The notes below the pieces were generated by a model, which was given only the letters and a program-made list of their open reading frames with translations, was not told where the DNA came from and made no database searches. From Antedon mediterranea (lineage: Eukaryota > Animalia > Echinodermata), in NCBI RefSeq assembly GCF_964355755.1, contig NC_092676.1, forward strand, positions 8,037,888-8,101,887: 64,000 nt of DNA, written 5' to 3'. Within the stretch, counting starts at the first letter, position 1. Every line of letters begins with the position of its first letter. Below, one piece after another: positions 59,401-64,000 of this stretch. The position numbers and the translations under genes are program-made.

Positions 59401-62400
59401 TACGTAAAGGTGGCAAATGAATTGCCAAAAAAGTTGCCTTTTAAAGATGTATTGTCCCTTTGACTAATTCCCCAAAAAATATTTGTTTTAATATTTCGAA
59501 AAAAGGTGGGTCCTTTAAAAGTATCATAACAGTTATTAACTTTTCAGCAAAAATAAGTTGAAAAAAAAAAAATCATTTAACTGAAATACAGACGTTTTTT
59601 CAATCAAATCATATCTCATAATGCAACGCGCTTGTTTGGCTACACTGTATGCATAATCATAAAACTTTCTCGCGATCTGTGTGAAAACACCTTCTCAATC
59701 GTGACGAGTTGTAAACAATCCTAATTAGCATCATGCATAATGCATATTCGTGGTTTGAAATCTTTGTTTACTTTCGCTCGCGACGATTTTCCAGACGAAA
59801 TGTAATCAAATTAATTTACCTGTTAATTACGTAAACTTGTTGTTTTTGGCTCAAATTTTCAACTTAAAGTGAATAACTTTAATATTACTTTCATGTGGCC
59901 AATTTAAATTTAGAATATTTTGACCTTCATTTTTTGTGTTTCAAGGGACAATACATATTTAATCAACCAAAATGGGCCTACTACTAGTATGTTATGGTAA
60001 ATTTATGGACTATCGCATTTTGTTGTTTTTCTTTTCATATCCTAAACAACTGGGAGAAATTGCACCAGTGGGATACTAGAAATCACTTGTAATATGGAGA
60101 CTTGTGAGGTTTGTTAGACCTACATTATCTATCACTTTTTAGACAATTTGGTCTTACTTGTGCAAAGGCGCACTGGTTTTATACTTCAGTGTGAGAATAT
60201 ATATTCAGTGTCAGTAAACCAATAACTTGTAAATTGTTAATATTTACTTACAAAGCAATGCATGTAGATCAAAATCCAACGGCAGTGTTAAGCAAGTTTG
60301 AGAAGATGCTATTGGCAAAGGTTAAAAAAAGAAAACAATAAAAGTATAATCATAATTAAGATTAATATATTAAACCAAATACACTTGCTGAACTGTATTC
60401 AAGTAGTAAAATCTGTTAGATCTAAAATAATGTTACATGTTAAATACTGAAAATTCATAACAGTAATGCATCTAAAAAAAGTGTATAGTTTACATTATAT
60501 TATTAGTACAGGTAGTATATTAAATATTTTTAGAAGGATAAAATGATTTAATAACTTTTGAAAGACATACCATCAACCATATTTGGTTTGTTATTGGTAA
60601 AGGATGTGTCACATGACGAAGCACCAGAGTTGTCAGCTGATTCATAATCTAAAAATAGAATCAATGCAAACTATTGTAATGTATAACAGTATGCTAGCTT
60701 AACAATGGAGGTATCTATTTTATACCTCTTCACAATTTAACAGACATTGTATAAGTACAATCTGGGGTAATGTCTTTAAATATTTTGAGTTGTATACTTA
60801 CAGTTTGTACTTGGTGGATGTGGTGAAAACGTAACATGTTTTACAAGTTTGCCAGAAGACCAAGGCGAAGGAGCTACTTGTTTCTGACTGAAAAACTAAG
60901 ACAATGCGTTTTATTGTTAAAAATAGAATGTAGTAACAACAGTAGTATGTTTTTAAGGTGGAAGCCCTCTGTTTTGTTTTTACAATCATATTGTTCCTCT
61001 CAATTCCAAAAAATATACTTATGCACAGTACATGCTAGTTTACTGTAGATCCTAAAGTGAATTTAGCCAATACAGTTTGCGTAAATCCTCTGTTTTGCTT
61101 TTGTATATCAAGTTAAAAAAAAACATTTATTTATTCAACAATGGCATTATACAGTATAATATAATTATAGGTGTGTACATAAATGAAAACATAGTAATAA
61201 GCCATCATTTGGGGTCTTCTCTAGAAGAAAACAAGTTTCTTGTCTCGAGAAAGACCCCATATACAGTAGTTATGCTTAGGCGAGAGTCACTCAAGCAAGC
61301 AGGGCCTGGTACTGTACCACTCAATCAAGTATAAAGCATGGTGGTGTAATATACCTGGTCAATAGCCTGCTGAAGACGTTGTTCAGTGTCTTGATCTAGG
61401 TTTGTGTCCTGCTGTGGGGTTTCATCTATGTCAGCTGGTTTCAAAATAGCCAGTTGATCGATTGACCACCGAAACTTGGGTGATTTCTTTAATAGAAAAT
61501 ATATCAGGTTATTATATATATAAATCCAAAAGGCAAATTACTGAAAAAAATGACAATGCTGTGGGGTGTTAGTGGCTGGATCTCAATGGAGATACAAAAA
61601 AAAAGCGAAAAGCTAAATCAAAACGATAAAGTAAAACAGCCAGAAAAGTTAGCAGAGCTTTCGGGCAACACTAGCCCTTCATCAGTGCAGGTTATATATA
61701 TATATATATTTTATTAAAGAAATGTCACCATGATTTTAGAATTAAAATCCATAAACAAATCAGCAATTTAAAATTATTTATTAATCATTTTATTGTACTG
61801 TAGTTTAATTATATTGTATATCTCTTTTCATTTTCCATTTTGGTGAGCCAATTGACATTGATTTATTTTTGCTTTTTGGTATTAACACCTCATTAGGATT
61901 TTGAACTCTTCTTTTCTGTATTTTTATGTTTTGTACTTTTATGATGAAATAAATAAATTGAAAAATATATTGTTACATACAGTAATCGAACAGACATTTC
62001 AAACTCTCACTATTTTTATTAATGTACGTGCGACTAAGGCTGTGTTTCTGTAGCCAAAATAAAAATTATTGTTTAATGTTTTAACCAATCAGGTAATTCA
62101 TTTTAAAATAATGTGCACATAATCAGTCATTACCAAACAACCAAGTGCCCAATCATAACACAACAATTTGTCCTCAGGTCAAAGGTTAAAAATCAATTCA
62201 TTTATCCAATAAATATCCGATTTGAATCAGATAATTATCGGTTAATTCGTCTCGATCGCAATCGGTTAAACCCTGTTTCCACAGGCAGTTTATTGGTTAA
62301 TTATTATTAGTTAATTATTATGGGTTAATTATCAGTTAATCTTTGGCTGCGGAAACACAGCCTTAATACAGTAGGAAAATCAGTTTGAATTTTACTTAGT

Positions 62401-62604
62401 AATCTACAGGTTTTTAAACTCTTTATTAAATTGTTTTCTCAAACATTCTTTCTTATTCAATTTGAAGTTTGTTACCTTTGTAGATGACGGTGTTTTTATT
62501 TTGAAAATAGATGGACTAAACTTGGACAAGTGAAGGCTATCAGTGCTCTCAGCTTCAAAAGGGTTGATTGACACATCTGAACAAGATACACTATTTTCAT
62601 CCAT
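11419..62604 (-). CDS. BORA: Protein aurora borealis (Aurora-A/PLK1 activator), spliced, 9 coding exons
   Basis: Minus-strand GT-AG exons with compatible phases: 62476-62604 (MDENS..INPFEAES..SPSIFK), 61355-61486 (KFRWSIDQLAILKPADID..QQAIDQ), 60802-60895 (FFSQKQVAPSPW), 60571-60648, 60252-60308 (ASSQTCLTLPLDFDL), 56895-57145 (LSTSSLRRKLFL..LSPI..TPASAK), 14121-14256 (SQFSSSP..KKY..ISPI), 12584-12706, 11419-12386. The motifs appear in the same order as in vertebrate Bora (NPFE, KFRWSIDQLA, VPSPW, QTLLSLPVDF, SSSLRRKLF, QFSSSP). Confidence 0.93.
13874..14009 (-). repeat. Truncated copy of the ribozyme-bearing repeat at 61515-61690
   Basis: ataaatccaaagacaaataactgaaaaaaatgacaatgctgtggg...gttagcagagct, near-identical to 61515-61659 but lacking the catalytic core. 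Confidence 0.75.
14493..15046 (+). mobile_element. Penelope-like element remnant (GIY-YIG endonuclease fragment) between inverted repeats
   Basis: Translates to GVVYEIGCLSCEAVYVRETGRKLKTRMEEHKK ... KESLWIRK ... MNRDDGGFSLSHI; 14493-14574 is inverted at 14982-15046. Confidence 0.8.
15197..17340 (-). pseudogene. Mab21/cGAS-like NTase pseudogene, copy A1 (TM-NTase-helical tail)
   Basis: ORF pieces 15197-15487, 15489-16427, 16417-16761 and 16853-17071 carry YVGSMFE..GDQDIM, RHGPS..QDVT.CLKCQSWP, EWRLSFSLAE, SYFIKTACFW and LPHYFIPQQNL; there is an in-frame TAA and several frameshifts. Confidence 0.85.
18077..18198. mobile_element. Short MITE
   Basis: TIR tgtctacactatcaaact / agtttgatagtgtagaca; the same element is in the duplicated segment at 33722-33845. 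Confidence 0.65.
18245..20466 (-). pseudogene. Mab21/cGAS-like NTase pseudogene, copy B1 (near-identical to intact B2)
   Basis: Colinear with the 740-aa ORF at 33891-36113, but has GAA->TAA at 19588-19590 and a 5-nt insertion at about 18960. Confidence 0.88.
21297..23408 (-). CDS. Membrane-anchored Mab21/cGAS-like nucleotidyltransferase (cGLR-type), copy C, intact single-exon CDS
   Basis: Open frame of 718 aa (first ATG at 23408): hydrophobic N-terminus, YVGSAFEAMPLSTCGDSDFM (GS + DxD), RHGPS..HDFTVCLKCQSWP, EWRLSFSQAERE, CSYFIKTACFWMCE, LPHYFIPQQNL and a helical tail. Confidence 0.88.
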   Translation of the reverse strand: MLLLTVKDLFMLIILSMLLLCTVYFAFGIIIRICLSSAISKRNKSIQEDVDQIAVLLLRNMMLSRYLHIAFSRINQKVSDVVYRGFYHMSFKEYYVGSAFEAMPLSTCGDSDFMVTSLEFPVVLWPFEPERMYHEVGYVIAEQNPNQPVYLKLKVLSNRTVHESLIMVKDGYIVTDYLIADYNLINPVRRHGPSIEISFSGNYSDNYTHDFTVCLKCQSWPLYSEEFFSRKRLYNWPSSELLRKISKLNLFVVNIGHPSSTSNDTEWRLSFSQAERELCFELYEPYARCMCAFKAMKKHLILYSKTDSPTPFCSYFIKTACFWMCETVPSKGHSTMDLIRKTLDWLIDCYQKKYLPHYFIPQQNLIGHLSNEHCDHVTVMLIEVKRHLWCNVMQSVSALENSNFMNASSFNDFKSRKCTLLKSSFALDAIIKLVRQGTDLYVEKQLYYLTALEFSGLRFEEIQHGESTLFVSLLNLHSYDNILFSILACINELVPKGYRIIFIHNLCCMFGDEYTQLLAALQKAHPSYHISDNFMQKPLDYYTLGSKLVYPDGWTDHRSISTQIHVIKYYYLMGKHEKLKEILAKFEPVLDEIKRDKEMWCRLRKVLVLKKMIFGTTPWAIDEEIAELLKNCSCGFWMNPIIFILYLKAKIILKNGDIEGASVYVNDMKFCLSFKLRWGMKVAQSIIKIIETKLNKALADQDQ
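25568..26210 (-). pseudogene. 3' fragment of an A2-type cGLR gene
   Basis: Near-identical to 30889-31545 (LVYPDGWTDHKCVGTQ...ENKLNNAIL*); the 5' part is absent and the fragment abuts a repeat also seen at about 375-450. Confidence 0.8.
27306..29867 (-). CDS. Multi-pass membrane Mab21/cGAS-like nucleotidyltransferase, copy E1, intact
   Basis: Open frame of 876 aa (first ATG at 29867, MELLKLL): about 190-aa hydrophobic repeat region, LVGSYFESMPKEVCADIDFM, RHGPS..QDYTFCLKCQSWP, EWRLSFSVAEKE, SYFIKTACFW, LPHYFIPQQNL. Confidence 0.88.
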   Translation of the reverse strand: MELLKLLVIFSFFVIEGIIQHENAYQVFKLYVFYTIHFWLCEMLLDTIGVYVLWIGARALEFFIHKWKINFHIGPISISIAVFIFNFYLRDQSETILFEWIILSITLLLNVEPNFRLTQCMIALLVFIYRSYSESLLWIVLFLIEYFLDCWKIDCHIHPLRFEIAIFILFYRCNSLWEAIGWIVLLAIEFIFMRAEDIKSIRKRVDEVANMLLECVMSTQHLDIARNRLKQKQFDAVYQQLPWISRHVYLVGSYFESMPKEVCADIDFMCNYTRYPVVLWPFEIERMYHLGGYVIAEQNLKEPVYLKLNVNSNRPLHESLINTVKDGYLVNNDFIEATKLTGFDPFSSFRRHGPSMKVLCSNSKPQDYTFCLKCQSWPWFSQEFFKRKRQYNWPSSGVLKTISDLDLLVVGVGDPRTASKEIEWRLSFSVAEKELCFELSKPYLMCICALRAIRKRHLDLYSEYDRPTPFCSYFIKTACFWMCETAPSKGHSTMDLIRKTLDWLIDCFQQKHLPHYFIPQQNLIGHLSKERCEDVIVFLKKVKEDIWCRVISSIAIDNDPFMSTFLEKDISTTNSSDFTRLESKLLKNQFAFKDIIKMTEKVNGYISMKVNTVLTTLRFPILQLVELKDYEFLSLETQKLDDILFSISSCIDELVPKGYSIIFNHHLYCTLGDGYTMLLAALQPNACHNLDNHLHKPLAYYILGSNLVYPDGWTDQRCIGEQINRIKYYYLMGKHEKVKEMLANFEPVLDEIKRDRHMLCRLRKIWVAKEFSDTTGWFIDEDISEFLNLHNEFCINPIFFICYIKATILLENEDIERRFANLDDMKFCLDVCFSMREREVTQSLIEVVQGKLS
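30889..33014 (-). pseudogene. Mab21/cGAS-like NTase pseudogene, copy A2
   Basis: ORF pieces 30889-31185, 31267-31533, 31499-32101, 31983-32441 and 32778-33092 with the same motifs as A1; multiple stops and frameshifts. Confidence 0.85.
33722..33845. mobile_element. Short MITE (duplicate of 18077-18198)
   Basis: tgtctacagtatcaaact...agtttgatagtgtagaca. Confidence 0.6.
33891..36107 (-). CDS. Membrane-anchored Mab21/cGAS-like nucleotidyltransferase, copy B2, intact ORF
   Basis: Open frame of 740 aa (first ATG at 36107): hydrophobic hairpin, NVGSRFEAMPATFCGDQDIML, RHGPS..QDVTCCLKCQSWP, EWRLSFSLAERE, SYFIKTACFW, IPHYFIPQQNL. Confidence 0.88.
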   Translation of the reverse strand: MFTIIEAVSAVCRILQNKYAYALFKVTVDILLFYLCKTLLETTTGVYVLFIGPWIIECLLNLKCVDKYNQDNVDEVANELLNRTMASQFLDVAYNRIEQKILDVAFRQQLSWLPHQQYNVGSRFEAMPATFCGDQDIMLISNNTPIVLWQFEPERMHHEGGYVIAELNPNEPVYLKLKVNSNIPLHASLINIVDDEGYIVTNEIIKAGRFNPVNASTTPRRHGPSMEVSYNDTYTQDVTCCLKCQSWPLFSEEFFTRKRLNNWPSSELLRKISDLNILVVGVGHPNSSSKEIEWRLSFSLAERELCFELCEPYAMCMCALKAIKNRHLDLYSESDTPTPFCSYFIKTACFWMCEMISSKGHSTMYLIRKTLDWLIYCYQHKYIPHYFIPQQNLIGHLPKDRCEDVIVLLKAVKRDLWCKVMSGIAVMDTSFVDTCLQILNLPKTNSFTDYTRMESTLLKNPFALDAIDKLLLKTKDVYVEEQLNRLTTLHFSAFDLILLACMSNLGFHPIEALKLKLDDILLSVLACIDELVPKGYRSVFKHHFYCTLGDEYTMLLAAFQHIISYEHFANYCQKPLEYYTLGSNLVYPDGWTDHNCVGTQINVIKYYYLMSKQEKLMEMLAKFEPVLDEIKRDKDLLNKLRKISIDRTIYLDTTAWAIDEDVCKLVKSSRTLFSMNPIIFIFYIKAKIFLEDGNIEHASANLNEMKFCLIGINDVIDDKVTQSLIGIVETKLKNKAIL
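36138..37269 (-). mobile_element. 5'-truncated CR1/L2-type LINE (reverse transcriptase C-terminal fragment)
   Basis: ORF 36390-37319 with SGVPQGSVLGPLLFLLYVSDL..FADD..LERVQRKATR; (ATT)n tail; AAGATAA target duplication (36131-36137 / 37270-37276); absent from the paralogous B1 flank at about 20490. Confidence 0.9.
38313..38376. repeat. Perfect 28-bp inverted repeat with an 8-nt loop
   Basis: GCATAACTGCATTCCGTTAAACTAGCAA tttaaaac TTGCTAGTTTAACGGAATGCAGTTATGC. Confidence 0.9.
38483..41092 (-). pseudogene. Multi-pass membrane cGLR-type gene, copy E2, interrupted by a single nonsense codon
   Basis: ORFs 39743-41092 and 38483-39724 are in the same frame, separated only by TAA where E1 and E3 have GAA (ELCF*LSKPY). 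Confidence 0.85.
42510..42710 (-). repeat. Interspersed repeat with a tRNA-like module (family of 7377-7640)
   Basis: Minus strand GCCCCAGTGGTGTAATGGTTAGGACATCTGCATATCAAGCAGGCGGTCCGAGTTCAAGTCTCGGTTGGGG has A-box and B-box-like motifs. Confidence 0.7.
44198..44983 (+). CDS. LINE ORF1 (coiled coil plus L1-ORF1-like RNA-binding domain), intact, 261 aa
   Basis: EQYSRRNCLIIQGIEE..IERSHRLG..RGIIVKF..IYIHENLT motif series. Confidence 0.85.
   Translation: MAGKNTRKGGKKDSGKECCELNTDTAPIIDVEPLTITVQNEISNIIKGNTSIFNDLAEKIASIVKHQLIESITQIVTDAAIEAIRFELDDTKDRLSKVEQQVENLQNELDEAEQYSRRNCLIIQGIEEKQGEITDNIVLDLFKKKLSVEVDKTCIERSHRLGPKVKKNGRARGIIVKFSSYNVRNEVYRAKKKLKGSHIYIHENLTSKRSSLLRTVKQNYASVVSAVWTQDGRIHTIITGSNEKVVLSRTSDLKQLPKCKR
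45038..48298 (+). pseudogene. LINE ORF2 (AP endonuclease + reverse transcriptase), disrupted by stops, frameshift and a MITE
   Basis: APE: HLNVRSL, GISETWL, YRPP, GDLN, SDH. RT: KATGIDGI, NNYRPIS, QSGFR, DLKKAFDTVDH, YADD. Confidence 0.9.
46262..46576. mobile_element. piggyBac-like MITE inserted in LINE ORF2
   Basis: TTAA duplication (46258-46261 / 46577-46580), TIR cacgttcactgcca / tggcagtcaatgtg; removing it restores KDNVNDTKTLWKTM. Confidence 0.85.
48586..48927. mobile_element. PIF/Harbinger-like MITE
   Basis: TIR gggcctgtttctgctgc / gcagcagaaacagggcc, 3-bp flank ATT/ACT, internal aatacggtat repeats; the empty site is at about 37970. Confidence 0.75.
49282..51891 (-). CDS. Multi-pass membrane Mab21/cGAS-like nucleotidyltransferase, copy E3, intact
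   Basis: 869-aa ORF: hydrophobic repeat N-terminus, LVGSFFESMPKEVCADIDLM, RHGPS..SEITFSLQCQSWP, EWRLSFSVAEKE, SYFIKTACFW, LPHYFIPEQNL. Confidence 0.88.
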   Translation of the reverse strand: MIIGIHFVILIMELLRLLMIFGFSAIGRIIQHQDPYQVFQIAVINTFSFWLCKMLLETTFGVYVLWIGAWAIEFIIHKWKSNFDIGPISISFAVFIFNYYRRDQLETILFEWIILSILLILNIEPQFYLTQCMIALLVFIYQSIWESVLCIELFLIDIFFNYWRINYYIQPLRFKIAVYILRYRCNSLWEAIGWIVLLAIEFIFMRAEDIKSIRKRVDGIADMLLKCVMSTQHLDIARNRIQQKQCDAVYQQLPWISRHVYLVGSFFESMPKEVCADIDLMYNYTQYPVVLWPFEIERMYHKGGYVIAEQNPNEPVYLKLKVNSNRPLHESLINTVKDGYIVNNDFIETSKLTGLDPSSSFRRHGPSLKVLCSNSKPSEITFSLQCQSWPLFSQEFFTRKRLNNWPSSGVLKKVSDLDLLVVGVGHPCTASKEIEWRLSFSVAEKELCFELSKPYSMCICALRAIRKRHLDLYSESDSPTPFCSYFIKTACFWMCETVPPKGHSTMDLIRKTLDWLIDCFQQKCLPHYFIPEQNLIGHLSKERCEDVIVFLKKVKEDIWCKVMSSIAIDNDPFMDTFLEKDISTTNSNDFTRIESKLLHNQFALKDIKKMTVKTTYYINRKVNIVLTTLRFPILQLAELENHEFLSLETQKLDDILFSISSCIDELVPKGYSIIFKHHLYCTLGDEYTMLLAAFQPNASNNLDNHLHWPLCYYILGSEMVCPNWCCTNYKCISTQINVIKCYYLMGKHEQVKEMLANFEPVLDEIKRDRHMLCRLKKIWVTKAFSGTTGWSIDEDISEFLNLQQLHNEFWINPIFFICYIKAKILLENEDIERRFANLDDMKFCLDICFGMREQEVTQSLIDVVEIKFR
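52115..52296 (-). pseudogene. 5' remnant (membrane segment only) of a fourth E-type gene, E4
   Basis: MELFIIFGLYAIVAIIQHQDPYQVFQIAV..GVYVLWIGAWAIEFI is homologous to the E N-terminus and is joined via ATAAA to the upstream flank of E3. Confidence 0.8.
52729..54294. mobile_element. Non-autonomous TTAA-targeting DNA transposon (Kolobok-like)
   Basis: TTAA|aggggggttccgggtttaaaat ... attttaaacccagaatccccct|TTAA; empty paralogous site catttaatctacac at about 41468. Confidence 0.8.
54722..55275. mobile_element. Tc1/mariner-pogo-type MITE
   Basis: TA|cagtagaacct..ttttacgtac ... gtacgtaaaatggaggttctactg|TA. Confidence 0.85.
56215..56482 (+). mobile_element. tRNA-derived SINE (V/Meta-like body, L2-type tail)
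   Basis: B box ggttcgaatcc, body gtatccttaggcaagg..ttgcctctctc..cccaggtgtataaaatgg, tail gtaaagcgcctttgag..aagggcgctatagaaat(tat)n; absent from the paralogous flank at about 42280. Confidence 0.7.
57227..57340 (+). pseudogene. 5S rRNA pseudogene or 5S-derived SINE head
   Basis: gttgaaacatcggttcttgtcagatcaccgaagttaagcagcgttgggcctggttag..tgggagaccatctgggaata..ggtgctg, a degenerate match to metazoan 5S rRNA. Confidence 0.8.
57516..58641. mobile_element. Non-autonomous DNA transposon with hAT-like TIRs
   Basis: TIR cagtggcggatctagg / cctagatccgccactg; CTAAG duplicated on both sides. Confidence 0.8.
59445..59958. mobile_element. TTAA-flanked MITE (Kolobok-like)
   Basis: TTAA|agatgtattgtccctt ... 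aagggacaatacatat|TTAA. Confidence 0.75.
61652..61689 (-). ncRNA. Minimal hammerhead ribozyme motif (Penelope-type) within an intronic repeat
   Basis: Minus strand GCA-CTGATGA-A-GGGC(TAGTGTT)GCCC-GAAA-GCTC-TGC: conserved core, stem II, palindromic AGCT stem III and stem I GCA/TGC. Confidence 0.7.
62038..62362. mobile_element. Harbinger-like MITE
   Basis: TIR ggctgtgtttctgtagccaaa / tttggctgcggaaacacagcc with TAA/TTA flanks. Confidence 0.7.
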
Positions 62605-63003
62605 GGTTATTAAGTGGTCATTTCTTAACTCTGTTCTGCTGTAAAAAGAAAAGTGTTTATTCAACTGTCTGATAGTACAGTACTTAGCTATCTAGGATAG
62701 GACGGACGTTGGTACTTATTTTAGACTAATAAAAGTTAAAAATAAACAGCTGAGTTGAATAACATTACTGTATGTATTTAATACTTGTTTAAAATTATAT
62801 AGACATAGACATAGATAGATATACTTTATTGTCACATAATACCGTAATTATAAAATGTGAGACTCAGCTCCCCTAGGCCCTATATATATTACTACTAGCC
62901 TAGGCCCGGGCATATAATCTGGTATATTATATGGCAGGTAGACTAGACGATATCTACTGTATAATAATAATATGGTGGTGGTGGCAGCTACAACAGTTTA
63001 CGA

Positions 63004-63140
63004 TGAAATCGATCGCGTCTGAAATCGGTCGCGTTTGAAATCGGTCGCGATAAAATCAACTTCTGGTATTTTGTATGGCGCGCCACTAGAGCTACAGTAT
63101 ACTTTTGATGATATCGGTCGCGTTTGAAATTGGTCGCGCT
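63004..63140. promoter_or_regulatory. Candidate Bora upstream cell-cycle element cluster (CGCG + TTTGAA repeats, TGGCGCGCCA)
   Basis: About five copies of gaaatcggtcgcg (two followed by tttgaaa) and a palindromic tggcgcgcca, 400-540 bp upstream of the Bora ATG. Confidence 0.3.
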
Positions 63141-64000
63141 ATTTTGTATGGAGTGGGATGCATGCTAGCGGGATATTCATTTTCTTTACTTTATTCATTA
63201 TTAATATTTATGTGGATATTTTTTATTTGGTTTCACAGGTCTCGAAGAAGGACTGTGTCTTTTCAAAATGGCCATTTCTAAACATGTTTAAATATTATAT
63301 TAGGCATATAATAATTTACCTCTATTTATATGTACTGTAAGTAATTAATATATTATATACGTCTGTCTTTTATTATGCAAAAAATTACGTAAAAGTGAAC
63401 AATTTATTTTAAAACAATAATTTTTACAATGTACAGTATAGCCCGTAAAGCCAGCGTATCCATTTTTATACTTATGCATACTGTGGCAGATTATCATATC
63501 CATGTCGTTAACATTAACAACATAGCCTACTATTCAATCACCTTATTTTTATTTCTATTTTATTTATATACATTATGTAGGATAATATTAAGTGTAGGGC
63601 TAATGATTATTGTTGAGGCAAATCACGTGTATATTTTTATTTCTATTGTTTAAAATAGTTTTTAGTAAAAGGATCAATATATGCGGATGGTTAAAAGGCG
63701 AGTTACTGACATAAACCCTCGAATAAGCCATGTCGGTGATGCGTCTTTTATGATCGTGCACCTGTTTCCTCTAACAATACGTCATTTTGCAGACGGGGTT
63801 TCCCCATTTTAAAAAACATGCACTTGTTAGTGTGTCAAATCATGGACAAAACATGTACGATCGTTGTCCATGACCAGGTAAAGATGACGTCTATTACTAA
63901 TAACCATACGTTTGAAACGTCTATAGGCCTCCTGCACATGTTTTCGTGTATACGTCGGCGATACTAGAGATTTTAATTTGAATATCTTTTATTTCTTCAT

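Overview
AT-rich, intron-containing animal genomic DNA; probably an invertebrate deuterostome such as an echinoderm, inferred only from the SINE types and composition. From left to right: (1) an array of eight tRNA-Leu(CAG) copies on the minus strand (4 intact, 1 near-intact, 3 with internal deletions); (2) a 13-exon DNAAF1/LRRC50 gene (+); (3) a convergent 9-exon Bora (aurora borealis) gene (-) spanning 11.4-62.6 kb. Bora's sixth coding intron (14257-56894, about 42.6 kb) holds a same-strand tandem cluster of ten intronless-CDS Mab21/cGAS-like nucleotidyltransferase (cGLR-type) loci: 4 intact ORFs, 4 disrupted copies and 2 fragments. These have an unusual architecture of N-terminal membrane helices (expanded to a multi-pass repeat domain in one subfamily), an NTase core with catalytic motifs intact, and a helical TPR-like tail. 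The cluster shows segmental duplication, mosaicism and pseudogenisation, including one frameshift caused by a Tc1/mariner-type excision footprint. The window also contains a full-length but disrupted L2/CR1-type LINE, a LINE fragment, several MITEs, SINEs, a 5S-derived sequence, a Penelope remnant and a minimal hammerhead ribozyme. All calls were made by eye; no database searches were run.
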